64,000 nt of DNA from an uncultured Gammaproteobacteria bacterium (GTDB lineage: Bacteria > Patescibacteriota > Microgenomatia > CAYXHB01 > CAZYTL01): assembly GCA_964650355.1 (NCBI GenBank), contig CAZYTL010000004.1:67912-131911 (forward strand). The letters are read 5' to 3'. Of the stretch, positions 18,033 through 27,875 are shown piece by piece (positions within the stretch are counted from its first letter, which is position 1; each line of letters starts with the position of its first letter). Both the position numbers and the translations under genes were made by a program. A model generated the notes under the pieces. The model was not told the DNA's origin. It worked only from the letters and a program-made list of their open reading frames with translations, and ran no database searches.

Positions 18033-20696
18033 ATGAAAAACTGCCCCCTTCCTCAACCATTCAGACTCACCAACCGTCTCCGCCTCTTCCTCTTCCTTGG
18101 AGGTTTTTTCCTCCTCACCACTCAACCCGCCCTGGCGCAGACCACTGTTTCATCTGCTACGAACATTAGCCAAAATGTCAATCAAATTCCCCTCTATGAC
18201 AAATTTGAACTTACATTCGATATTCCCAATACTCACGCCACCAACCCCCAATGGCCTTATGACACTAACCCGCCTCCTGGCTTGCAGGGAGGAATCGGCA
18301 TCACCGTCAACGGTCTTTTCCTCCCCCCCAACCAAACCGACTGGTCCCAAGCTTACGTCCAACCCGCCTTCTGGTTTCAGGAAATGGATCGCCAAGAAAA
18401 AGGCACCATGGAATGGCTCTATCCTACTTCAAATTTTAATTGGAAAATCCGTTTTGCCCCTAACCAAACCGGCCAGTGGCATTACAAAATCACCACCCAA
18501 GATTCATCTGGTGTCTGGAAATCCTCAGTCTATACTTTTGAAGCCTTACCGGCTCGCCCAGGTATCCATGGTTTCATCAGAGCTTCCCAGACCGACGGCC
18601 GTTTCTTTGAATATTCAGACGGTACTCTATTCTGGGGTCTAGGACACCAACACGACTCCAATGTTGACAGTTATAAAACTATTAGAGACATCGAAAGTTT
18701 CCATCAACAAGGACAAAATCTCGTCCGTATCTGGATGAGTGCTGACAATGTTAATGGCGGTGCCTGGCAACCCTGGGCTTCCCGAACCATGAGCACCCAA
18801 AACCAATGGAACCGGGCCGCCCAGGTCGCCAGCTATTCCATCCCCGGCGGCACCTACCAAAACCACCGCTGGGCTCTCCGCCTCAGCTCCAGTGAAGATC
18901 CCCAAGCCAAGGATAACCCCTGCATGTTCCAGGGCTGGAGCGGCAAATACGCCGCTGTCAAGCCCTCCACTTGGTATGAAGTCACTGCTATTGTCAAAAC
19001 CGCCAATATTGACATTGACGATCCTATTGATTCTCGATCTGACTATGGCTTTACCATCAGCTATGCCGGTTGGGTGAATGACTGTAAACTTCCTGATCCC
19101 GGCCATTCCATTCTCAAAAACGATAATAACCGGCCCATCTACGTCAAAAGCACCTCCGGTAACTGGCAAACTGTCACCGGCAAATTCCAAACCACTTCAA
19201 CTCAAAAAAGTCTACTCTATACCTATCTAAAGCTGGAAAATACCAAAAACGGGCAAGTTTACTTGGACAAAGTCACCATCAAAGAAATCCTTCCCAATAA
19301 CCAAAGAGGAGAAAACATCCTCATCAGAAGTGACTTTAATGTTCAAAATTACTATGACCAGTTCTACTCTTACTCTTGGGATAAAATCATCGAAGCCGCC
19401 GAACAAAATGACTTTTATCTCAAGCTGGTCATTTTAGAAAAACAGGACCCCATCTATACCTCAGTTGACGAAAATGGCGTCTCCATCGATGATTCGATCA
19501 GTGGCGAATCGCACACCCAAAATTTTTACTCTCATGACCAAACCTATGTTCGCCGCCTTCACGAATACTGGTGGCGTTACCTCAAAGCCCGATGGGGATA
19601 TTCCCGCGCCATCCATTCCTGGGAATTGCTCAACGAAGGCGACCCCGCCAACACCGCCCATTTTGACCAGGCCGAAAAAATGGCTGAAATTATGGATCTC
19701 TACGGCTCAGAAAAACAGATGACCACCACCTCCTTTTGGCATAGCTATCCCCTCAGCCAGTTCTGGGGTAACCCTCAATACCAACAAACCGACTACTATG
19801 ACATTCACGGCACTGGTTGCTTTCTCTGGGTAGATCCCCAAACCGGCGAAGAAGTCGCTTATGACGCCGCCCTTTATCACTATTCCCATGCCCATTGCAT
19901 GTACCAGGGTTGCGGCAGTTGCCCCAGCCTCAACCAGTATCTGGCTTCCCATCCCCAAATTCAAAGAAAACCGCAGGTCAAAGGCGAAGCCTACCTCCAG
20001 TGCCAAACTAACCCTTCGGCTTTAAGTTGTCCCGGTATCGAACTGGACACTCAGGGCGTTTGGCTCCACAACTTTGTCTGGGCGCAAGTCCAGCCCTACA
20101 CTCTCACGGATATCATCTGGAAACAATCCTTTCTTAATCAATTCGACCTTCGCGGTGAATACGGCCGCTTCCGCAACTTCCTTAATCAACTTCCTCTCAA
20201 CAATGGCAGTTTTCAAGATGCTCAAGCCCAGGTTACCAACTCCAACCTCCGGGTTTGGGGCCAGAAAGATCTTCCTCACCAGGGTTTGGTTCTCTGGATC
20301 CAAAACAAACAACACACTTGGAAAAACGTAGTCGACAACCAAAACATTTCTCCCCAATCAGGCGCCATCACTGTCTCCGGATTCCAGCCCGGGCAATCTC
20401 TGACTGTCGAGTGGTGGGACACCTGGCAGGGCAACATCAATCGCACCACCACTCAAACTCCTGATTCCCAGGGCCGACTGACCTTTAATATCTCCAACCT
20501 CACCGCCGACCTGGCTATCCGCATTTTGCCTTCATCGCTACCTCCCGCCTCTGCCGACCTTGATCACAACGGCACTATCGACTTTCGTGACGCCCGCCTG
20601 CTCCTCTCTCGCTGGCTTACCCACCTCGCCGACCTCAACCATGACCTCCTCACCAACAGCTTGGACTTCACCCACCTTATCCTTCAGTGGAAATAA
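18033..20696 (+). CDS. Secreted glycoside hydrolase (clan GH-A / GH5-like) with C-terminal dockerin-like module
   Basis: N-terminal signal-like hydrophobic segment; HSWELLNEGDP (the NEP catalytic acid motif of clan GH-A); C-terminal ADLDHNGTIDFRDARLL matches the dockerin/EF-hand Ca-loop DxDxNGxIDxxD. Confidence 0.6.
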   Translation: MKNCPLPQPFRLTNRLRLFLFLGGFFLLTTQPALAQTTVSSATNISQNVNQIPLYDKFELTFDIPNTHATNPQWPYDTNPPPGLQGGIGITVNGLFLPPNQTDWSQAYVQPAFWFQEMDRQEKGTMEWLYPTSNFNWKIRFAPNQTGQWHYKITTQDSSGVWKSSVYTFEALPARPGIHGFIRASQTDGRFFEYSDGTLFWGLGHQHDSNVDSYKTIRDIESFHQQGQNLVRIWMSADNVNGGAWQPWASRTMSTQNQWNRAAQVASYSIPGGTYQNHRWALRLSSSEDPQAKDNPCMFQGWSGKYAAVKPSTWYEVTAIVKTANIDIDDPIDSRSDYGFTISYAGWVNDCKLPDPGHSILKNDNNRPIYVKSTSGNWQTVTGKFQTTSTQKSLLYTYLKLENTKNGQVYLDKVTIKEILPNNQRGENILIRSDFNVQNYYDQFYSYSWDKIIEAAEQNDFYLKLVILEKQDPIYTSVDENGVSIDDSISGESHTQNFYSHDQTYVRRLHEYWWRYLKARWGYSRAIHSWELLNEGDPANTAHFDQAEKMAEIMDLYGSEKQMTTTSFWHSYPLSQFWGNPQYQQTDYYDIHGTGCFLWVDPQTGEEVAYDAALYHYSHAHCMYQGCGSCPSLNQYLASHPQIQRKPQVKGEAYLQCQTNPSALSCPGIELDTQGVWLHNFVWAQVQPYTLTDIIWKQSFLNQFDLRGEYGRFRNFLNQLPLNNGSFQDAQAQVTNSNLRVWGQKDLPHQGLVLWIQNKQHTWKNVVDNQNISPQSGAITVSGFQPGQSLTVEWWDTWQGNINRTTTQTPDSQGRLTFNISNLTADLAIRILPSSLPPASADLDHNGTIDFRDARLLLSRWLTHLADLNHDLLTNSLDFTHLILQWK

Positions 20697-20733
20697 ACAT
20701 CCGGTCACAACCCTCTTCATTTTTCAACCATTG

Positions 20734-22737
20734 TTAACGGCCAGCCAACCACCCGAAATCCAATCCGTTCACCTTCCCGTCAACCATCAAATCATCAACC
20801 CAATTATTCGTAGACCAGTTAACCAGTATCTCCTTAAAAGTCACCGGCACCGGAGTTGGTGTCGGCACACCGTGTCCCAATCGTCTTTGCACTTGGTCTA
20901 CATACAGCGATTGCGGCTCTAGAGTGGTTCCCTGTCCGTCTCCAGAATTAGGATTGGCTGCCAACGTCGCCGGTTCCACCCAGTCAGGTCGGTGCGCATC
21001 TCCCGGATTTGCCGACCCGTAAACCGTTAATAAATTCGACTTCTGCGGCCCCCGCATCCCGATCACATAACCCCATCCCCATTGGTCAGACACCAGTGCT
21101 GTATCACCCCCCCTAATATGCGACCGGATCACATTCGTATTCCAAAACACATTTCCTGAAGAAGTAATCGTCTGATTACCAAATGCCCTATATTGGGCCA
21201 AAAAACTATCACCATCAAAAATCATATTATCAATTAAATTCGCGTGCGAAAACCACATATGAAAATCCGACTGCAGCGTCTTTCCGAAAATCTGCGTGTC
21301 CGAACTAGGATAATTCGGACTGAACCGGGCCGTCGAATTATAAATTACATTTCCATTTGCCTCCATACCTTTAAAATCAAAGTTGTGCCGCGCATTAGTC
21401 GCACTTGAATCCTTGAGTAAATTATCATTCCCATAGAGAATAAACATATATCCCATTCCTCCTTCCCCGTGGGACTCAGGATTTTTTAAGTGTACATTCT
21501 CAAGCGTCACATTCCGCACATCCCTCATCACTATCCCGTAACTATGAATGTTATACTTTAGCTCATCCGGTGCATTAGATGTATACCCGTAACCCTCGTG
21601 ATTTTGCCAAGGCGAATATGACTTCACGTTCCTGATCCAGCTATTCAAAGCATTGCGTACAAAAATTATCTGACTATTCCACAGATCGGAATCATCAGTC
21701 ATGTTAACAATTTCCCGCATCGCAAAAGCCATGCACTCTATGCCCACCTCTTGTACCGGCGTCCAAATCTTAAACACCACCGGTGAGTAAGTCAGCTTAA
21801 TCGGAAACCGAGTCGGAATATCAACAGTAATCGTCTTCGTTTGGGAATTAACCGCCATCACCTCCCGCTGGTACATTAACCCTCTAATCTGACTGTCATT
21901 AAATCTGTCAGCCTGCAAGTCTGCCTTTAACGCATCATTATTTCTCGCCTTCACTATCACCTGGTCTCCTACCTTAAACCCGCTAGTATCCGCCACCGGA
22001 ATCACCTTTGTCGGATATAATAAATTATTAGTGATCGCCACGATACTCCCTCTGGCATTTTCCTCTTCCCAGTCTCCTTTTTTCAAATCAAAAGCCGCCG
22101 GGGGCCAATAGTTCCTGTCCGCATTCGGATCCGGATCAATCCTGACAATCCCTCCTTTGCTCGAGTAAGTACTATCATAAAAAATCTTCGTCTTATCCGG
22201 TCCGTCACCCCTCATCACCACTCCGCTCTTCGTAATCAGCAACGCCCAGGGATAACCATTAGGGTCTCCGCTCCAGGCAGCATAATACCTTGGTTTCACA
22301 TAATAGGTCCCCTCCGGCAAATACACCACCCCGCCCCCGTTGCTTTCTGCCGCATCTATCGCCTTCTGAATCGCGACCGTATCATCGCCTGTATCATTTA
22401 CGCTACCATTAGCCCCGTAACTAGTCACATTATAAATCGGCCCGCTAATGTCAGGAATCGGCTGTTCTCCTCTGTGATACCCAGCATAAGAAAAATCCGG
22501 TAGCATTCTACCCGCACCCATATCCACCCCAGGTTGCCAATTAGTTGGGTAAAGTTGTGACCTCCACGCCCAAACCTGAGTCACATCTCTTCCATACCCT
22601 CCCAACCACCCCATCATCAATGCGATCAATAAAAACACCCTCATCCATCCTGCAACCGTAAACACTTCCTGCAAATTATATTTAATCTTGATGTTCATCC
22701 CTTTTACCACACCTCTCTCCCAATCTAGTTCATCCAT
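20734..22737 (-). CDS. Secreted right-handed beta-helix (pectate-lyase-fold) glycoside hydrolase-like protein
   Basis: N-terminal TM/signal, then YGANGSVNDTGDDTVAIQKAIDAAESNGGGVVYLPEGTYYV, matching the Pectate_lyase_3/GH28-55-like N-terminal signature. Confidence 0.65.
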   Translation of the reverse strand: MDELDWERGVVKGMNIKIKYNLQEVFTVAGWMRVFLLIALMMGWLGGYGRDVTQVWAWRSQLYPTNWQPGVDMGAGRMLPDFSYAGYHRGEQPIPDISGPIYNVTSYGANGSVNDTGDDTVAIQKAIDAAESNGGGVVYLPEGTYYVKPRYYAAWSGDPNGYPWALLITKSGVVMRGDGPDKTKIFYDSTYSSKGGIVRIDPDPNADRNYWPPAAFDLKKGDWEEENARGSIVAITNNLLYPTKVIPVADTSGFKVGDQVIVKARNNDALKADLQADRFNDSQIRGLMYQREVMAVNSQTKTITVDIPTRFPIKLTYSPVVFKIWTPVQEVGIECMAFAMREIVNMTDDSDLWNSQIIFVRNALNSWIRNVKSYSPWQNHEGYGYTSNAPDELKYNIHSYGIVMRDVRNVTLENVHLKNPESHGEGGMGYMFILYGNDNLLKDSSATNARHNFDFKGMEANGNVIYNSTARFSPNYPSSDTQIFGKTLQSDFHMWFSHANLIDNMIFDGDSFLAQYRAFGNQTITSSGNVFWNTNVIRSHIRGGDTALVSDQWGWGYVIGMRGPQKSNLLTVYGSANPGDAHRPDWVEPATLAANPNSGDGQGTTLEPQSLYVDQVQRRLGHGVPTPTPVPVTFKEILVNWSTNNWVDDLMVDGKVNGLDFGWLAGR

Positions 22738-22793
22738 ATTTCAACCTTACCTTAACGCTCACCACCCTACAAGCACTCATCTATATCCGCCGA

Positions 22794-24644
22794 TTAATAT
22801 TCTTGTAGCGTCGAAGTATCCCCAATCGGCAACCCCAACTCCCGGGCTTTAAGCAGCCTCCGCATAATCTTCCCCGACCTTGTCTTGGGCAACTTCTCCA
22901 CAAATTCAATTTCTCTGGGATACGCATGACCTGCCAAATGGTGCTTAATAAACTTCTGAATTCTCTCTTTTAAGGCTTCCGATCCTTCCACTCCTGGTCG
23001 CAACTTCACAAACGCTTTAATAATCTCGCCTCTCATCGGATCCGGTTTGCCAATCACCCCAGCCTCAATCACATCCGGATGCTCCACCAAAGCCGACTCC
23101 ACTTCAAACGGACCCACCCGTTCGCCCGAAGTCTTAATCACATCATCAGCCCGGCCAATAAACCAGAAATAACCGTCCTTATCCTTAAACGCTCTGTCCC
23201 CGGAAATATACCACCCCTTCATGAAATACTTCTTATACTTATTCGGTCTCCTCCAAATCTTCTTCATCATTGACGGCCATCCCGGCTTAATCGCCAAATT
23301 TCCTTCTTTGTTCGGACCCAGCACTTCCCCTTCATCACTCACAATCCCGGCCGTGATTCCTGGCAAAGGCTTGCCCATTGATCCCGGTTTGATATCCATT
23401 GATCTGTAATTGGCAATCAAAATTCCCCCCGTTTCCGTCTGCCACCAATTATCATGGAACGGTAACTTAAACACCTTCAAACCCCACCTAATCGGCTCCG
23501 GATTCAACGGCTCCCCCACACTCGCCAGATATCTTAGCGAACTCAAATCGTGCTTCTTTACCAACGCATCTCCCGCCGCCTGCAACATCCGGATCGCCGT
23601 TGGCGCCGTATACCACACATTCACCTTATACTTCTCAATAATCTTATACCAGGTTTCCGGATCAAACCTCCCGTTATACACCACTGTTGACGATCCATTG
23701 CTCCACGAACCCAAAATCTCATAAGCAATCCCTGTCACCCAGCCCGGATCAGCCGTACACCAATACACATCATCATCCCGCAAATCCAGCACAAACTTGG
23801 CACTCATGTGCTCGTGCAAAATCGCTTTGTGACAATGAATCACCCCTTTGGGCTTTCCTGTTGTTCCTGATGTGTAAAGCATAAACGCCGGGTCATCCGC
23901 ATTCATAAACCGGGTTTCATATTCGTTTGATTGCTTTTCCAGTAATTCCTGCAAACTCAAGATCTTTTTACCTCGTACCTTTAACTTCTTCACTTCTTTG
24001 GGATCACCCACCACCAAAATCGTTTCCAAATTTTCCAGATCCGGCGCTACCTTGGCAATCCGATCAAAAAATTGCAACTCTGTTATGACCACTTTGGCAT
24101 CACTGTTTCCCAATCGGTCAGCAATTGCCGACGGTCCGAAAGCCGAAAACATCGTCCCCGCAATCGCCCCTCTTTTCAAAGTTCCCAAAAACCCGAAATA
24201 CAACTCCGGCACCCGGGACAAAAAGAAAAACACCCGATCCCCGATATCCACATCTAAAGTATGCAACCCATTGGCAAACTTGTTCGCCCACTCATCTAAC
24301 TCCATAAAGGTATATTTCTTCTCCTCCATTTCCGGTTTACCTCGATTATTTGTAGTCTTCGACAAATCAGCGGGTCCTACCCAATACAAAGCAATCTTAT
24401 TCTTGCGCCAATTCTTGGCATTCCGCTCCACTGCATTATAAGCGGCATTCAACTTCCCACCCACAAATTCAATCTCCTTCTCAGCCTCCTTATACGAAAA
24501 ACTCTTATACACTTTCTCGTAATCCTCCAGATTCGGCTTCACCGTAAAGCTCTTGGGATCCTTCTTAATCACTTCATCCAGTTTCATAATAACCAAATTA
24601 ACACACCTTTCATCATCCACGCAACCCCCGATTTTCAACTCCAA
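22794..24644 (-). CDS. acs: Acetyl-CoA synthetase (AMP-forming)
   Basis: YTSGTTGKPKGV AMP-binding motif and WWQTETGG, the ACS hallmark; 616 aa. Confidence 0.9.
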   Translation of the reverse strand: MELKIGGCVDDERCVNLVIMKLDEVIKKDPKSFTVKPNLEDYEKVYKSFSYKEAEKEIEFVGGKLNAAYNAVERNAKNWRKNKIALYWVGPADLSKTTNNRGKPEMEEKKYTFMELDEWANKFANGLHTLDVDIGDRVFFFLSRVPELYFGFLGTLKRGAIAGTMFSAFGPSAIADRLGNSDAKVVITELQFFDRIAKVAPDLENLETILVVGDPKEVKKLKVRGKKILSLQELLEKQSNEYETRFMNADDPAFMLYTSGTTGKPKGVIHCHKAILHEHMSAKFVLDLRDDDVYWCTADPGWVTGIAYEILGSWSNGSSTVVYNGRFDPETWYKIIEKYKVNVWYTAPTAIRMLQAAGDALVKKHDLSSLRYLASVGEPLNPEPIRWGLKVFKLPFHDNWWQTETGGILIANYRSMDIKPGSMGKPLPGITAGIVSDEGEVLGPNKEGNLAIKPGWPSMMKKIWRRPNKYKKYFMKGWYISGDRAFKDKDGYFWFIGRADDVIKTSGERVGPFEVESALVEHPDVIEAGVIGKPDPMRGEIIKAFVKLRPGVEGSEALKERIQKFIKHHLAGHAYPREIEFVEKLPKTRSGKIMRRLLKARELGLPIGDTSTLQEY

Positions 24645-24699
24645 CCCCCAATCATGTTATAATATACTCACTTTCATCAACAAAAGACTTCAATTCAAA

Positions 24700-25005
24700 C
24701 CTATGCCTACACCACCCTCACACCGCCACGAGCAAGGCCCTGAAACAGAAGGCATCATCACGTTCAAAGACGGCAGAGTTGTCTTAGAGGGAGATCATCC
24801 CAACCCTTTCTCTGCCGAAGTTGCGATTCCCCAAAACGAGCTTCCACTTGCTCTCCTCTCTCTTCGCGAAATTATTAGAGATAATGTATATCACCAGAGA
24901 CTCACTCCAAATGGCATAGAGCAGTCCTTTGATGCTGCCGTCCTTATCGGCGTCATCACCTTTTATCAAGAAGGTTTTTCCGACCTCTTTAGAGGTCTCT
25001 CTTAA
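24700..25005 (+). CDS. Hypothetical small protein, about 101 aa
   Basis: Internal ATG of ORF 24553..25005, chosen to avoid overlap with the acs start. No motif. Confidence 0.3.
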   Translation, partial: PMPTPPSHRHEQGPETEGIITFKDGRVVLEGDHPNPFSAEVAIPQNELPLALLSLREIIRDNVYHQRLTPNGIEQSFDAAVLIGVITFYQEGFSDLFRGLS

Positions 25006-25297
25006 CACCATTCCCCCCCGATCCAATTCAGAGGCAACTTAGTCATTAACTCAATCCGCCAGCCGTCAATCCATAAACTAGAAATACTTCGTCTGCTTTT
25101 CAGAAGCACCCAGCAGCATATTCCTCACTATAAACCTGACATCATTTACCTTCAAATTTAGCAACCTTCTTTCAATATAATCATGAACTAATCTTTGCTC
25201 ATCACTCATCAATCTCCTTTGCAATTCAGGCAACAAATTAGTTTCATTTCGAAAAACCAAACAACATAATTCACAACCAGTAGTAAAATAAGCATGA

Positions 25298-26290
25298 ATG
25301 CAGGAACATCACCATCCCACTGCTGTCTTAGTCGACAACCGACGTGAACATCATCTTCCTTTCCCGCTTGGCTATCAACAACTTATCCAGAAGTTTAATA
25401 TCACCCGGGAATTTATCGGCCCTGAGCAACTAGTCGCTCTTACACCTCAGGATCTCCATGATGCCCAAGTTGTCATCGGAGCGTTCGGAGATGGTAGTTT
25501 GGGGCATTTACTTAGTCTTGAACCTCAAAGACCCATCATTTTACTCAACCTGGGTACGGCTAACACGACCTACCAAGGACTTGCCGGCCTAGCCGAATCC
25601 CCTCAGCCCGAATTTCTCCGCTCTCTTTCACAAAAACACCGACTTAAAGCCTATCAGTATCACCCGTTACACCTCGAATCCGCAAGCCAATCCTGGCAAC
25701 AAGCCTATCTAGGAGGGTTTTCCCATCTCACAATTAAAACCACCCGAAACAAAGAAAACCTGCAAGCTCATCCCCGACTGACACCATGGGTAAAAAGCAA
25801 CATCGGTCTGACATACAGTCTAGCTGGTTTAGCCTCCGCTTTTACTCTTCATCATCGGATTCAACCTCGTGATATTTGTTTTACAACTCCAGATGAACAA
25901 CCGCATCAAATTAATCCTGGTCAGCTCATTGCCGCCTGTGCTGTCAATACAATACCTATCCTCGGTACTTTTAAATTTCAACCATCCTCACCCGATCAAC
26001 AACTCAGCCTCCTCACCCTTACTGCAGACCGTACCGTAGAATTATATAGCAAATACGCTCTCACTCTCATGATCGGCGGACTGTTAAAAAATGGACCGGA
26101 CCTCTGTCGGCAAATTGGATTGATTGATGTCAGGCCGATTGATAATGTAAATCTACTGCCCGACCCCCAAGCAGCCGACTCCGGGCACTCAAATGTCTGT
26201 CTGGACGGACAATTGCTCACCCATCGAAATCCAATCACTCTTTCTCTTTCTGACTCACCCGTCACTATCTTACGTCCTTCCGATCCATAA
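25298..26290 (+). CDS. Hypothetical protein, possible divergent ATP-NAD-kinase/DAGK-fold paralog
   Basis: VVIGAFGDGSLGHLL and ILLNLGTANT resemble the GGDGT and GxNxG regions of the NAD-kinase fold. Weak. Confidence 0.45.
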   Translation: MQEHHHPTAVLVDNRREHHLPFPLGYQQLIQKFNITREFIGPEQLVALTPQDLHDAQVVIGAFGDGSLGHLLSLEPQRPIILLNLGTANTTYQGLAGLAESPQPEFLRSLSQKHRLKAYQYHPLHLESASQSWQQAYLGGFSHLTIKTTRNKENLQAHPRLTPWVKSNIGLTYSLAGLASAFTLHHRIQPRDICFTTPDEQPHQINPGQLIAACAVNTIPILGTFKFQPSSPDQQLSLLTLTADRTVELYSKYALTLMIGGLLKNGPDLCRQIGLIDVRPIDNVNLLPDPQAADSGHSNVCLDGQLLTHRNPITLSLSDSPVTILRPSDP

Positions 26291-26434
26291 TTAACCTTAA
26301 ACCCCCAACTATCAACTCCTAATCCCTAATGCCTTAAATACTTAGTATCACTTAAAGTAATACTAGTGATTCGTAACCCACATTAGTCACCAGTCATAAA
26401 TTATCCCCTATCAGGAATTCTTTATTCCCACTTC

Positions 26435-27175
26435 TTACTTCACCACCACCTTAATCCTCCCACTTTCGAAAAACGCCTCGTAGCCAGTATTACTCTTCAC
26501 CTGCACCACATAAGTATTCTGTCCAGACCACATTGCCAATTGACCGCTCACCAAATGCACCGAAGTCTCTGATCCCGTTTCCAATTCACTATTCGGTACC
26601 GCTATCCCGTTAGTTTTGTCATATAATCGCAGACTCACCTTGCCATTCCCTTGGTAAATCTTGGCGTAAGCATCCCAAGTCACCGTCCGCGCTTCACCGT
26701 ATTCCGACCAGTCGATCACCGTTTCCGTAGTTACAATATTCGTCCAATCCAGATTCTTTGTCGAACCCGTCCCGCTCAAAGGAATATAATACGTTCCCGC
26801 CTTGGACACTGTCACTGTAGCTCCTCCCCCGCTACTGGCCGGGGTCGGGGTTCTCGAAACTGCCGGAGTCAAACTGCCTATTGCCAACGCCACCTGCTGC
26901 TCAATCACTCGTTGGCAGATCGGACCGCAAGTATCCGACCTCACCGTTCCACTATCCTCATCTACCGGCATCAGTAAATCAGACGATCCATCCGTCATTC
27001 CCTCAATTATTCCTCCCAGACTGGTAAACGCCTGAGTTAACTGATTCAGCCTCTCTGTTGACTGATTAATCCTGTCCCTATCCCGCAACCAAATATAATC
27101 AATAAACAACAAATTCCCGATCGCAATCACGATCATCACTCCCACAAATATCCTCCATAAATGAATGGTACGCAT
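26435..27175 (-). CDS. Membrane-anchored exported hypothetical protein
   Basis: N-terminal TM helix, then a Ser/Thr/Gly-rich extracytoplasmic region. Confidence 0.55.
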   Translation of the reverse strand: MRTIHLWRIFVGVMIVIAIGNLLFIDYIWLRDRDRINQSTERLNQLTQAFTSLGGIIEGMTDGSSDLLMPVDEDSGTVRSDTCGPICQRVIEQQVALAIGSLTPAVSRTPTPASSGGGATVTVSKAGTYYIPLSGTGSTKNLDWTNIVTTETVIDWSEYGEARTVTWDAYAKIYQGNGKVSLRLYDKTNGIAVPNSELETGSETSVHLVSGQLAMWSGQNTYVVQVKSNTGYEAFFESGRIKVVVK

Positions 27176-27429
27176 AGGGCAGACTCCTTAATTCCACCCT
27201 AGCATAAAAACCCCTTTCCAAGAAGAACAAATTTCTTCCCTCTCCAACATCAGAAATCACCCCATCTTATCTACCTTCTCGCCACCGCTTGACAACCAAT
27301 ATATAATCTCCTTAGTTATTTTCCCAAAAACAGCCGACTTTATGTCCTCAACCGTCAAAGAAGCCCTTCTGGCAGATAATTGCAGAAAGTGTCCCCAGTT
27401 TACTGGAAAATTAAAAGTTCCAGAACTAG

Positions 27430-27670
27430 GCCAACCAATTACCACTTGTAGGATTGTTCCCCCCATTATTCACGGTATGAATATGAATACGGATAAACAA
27501 CCCACTACACCAGATGGACCACTAACCAACAGTCTCCGTACTTTTCAGGCTGCTATCGAACGAGTTACCACTTGGAGAATTGTTCCCCCCGTTATTCGCC
27601 ATTTGACCAAACAACTCATTATCCCAAATGGGCCAGTAGCCGCCGACCTCCGTACTTTTCAGATCGTCGT
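27430..27670. repeat. Two imperfect tandem ~100-bp repeat units in the intergenic region upstream of the ABC exporter gene
   Basis: Shared blocks ACCACTTGNAGNATTGTTCCCCCCNTTATTC and CTCCGTACTTTTCAG (15 nt identical) about 110 bp apart. They overlap the doubtful ORF 27342..27728. Confidence 0.7.
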
Positions 27671-27875
27671 CGAAGGTGCCCGTCCTGAATTCGCTGGCAT
27701 TGGTCCACATGAGCGCAACTGCAAATAGGAAGCTTTCACCCGGATATCATCTTCTTAACTCCTCTTCGCTTTCCTCCTCCCCAAACTTCTCTTCCTGTGC
27801 TAAAATACAGCCGGTTTCCTGTCCAAATTCCAAAAATCAAATTAACCATCAGTATAAAGCTTATGACCCATATCC

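Noticed and set aside
18097-20464. Multiple overlapping ORFs on both strands inside the 887-aa glycosidase gene (for example 18639..19190 on the minus strand, 183 aa)
   Set aside because: They are nested in or antisense to a long motif-supported gene, with no independent start context.
25078-25260. 60-aa minus-strand ORF upstream of the 330-aa gene
   Set aside because: Short, no motif, located in an intergenic leader; insufficient evidence.
27282-27306. TTGACA ... TATAAT promoter-like string upstream of 27342
   Set aside because: The spacer between the hexamers is only about 7 nt, incompatible with a sigma-70 promoter.
27342-27728. ORF of 128 aa spanning the tandem repeat units, considered as a real internally duplicated small protein
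   Set aside because: There is no SD, the substitution pattern between repeat units is not clearly codon-biased, and it overlaps an antisense 62-aa ORF. Kept only as a finding and not annotated as a CDS.
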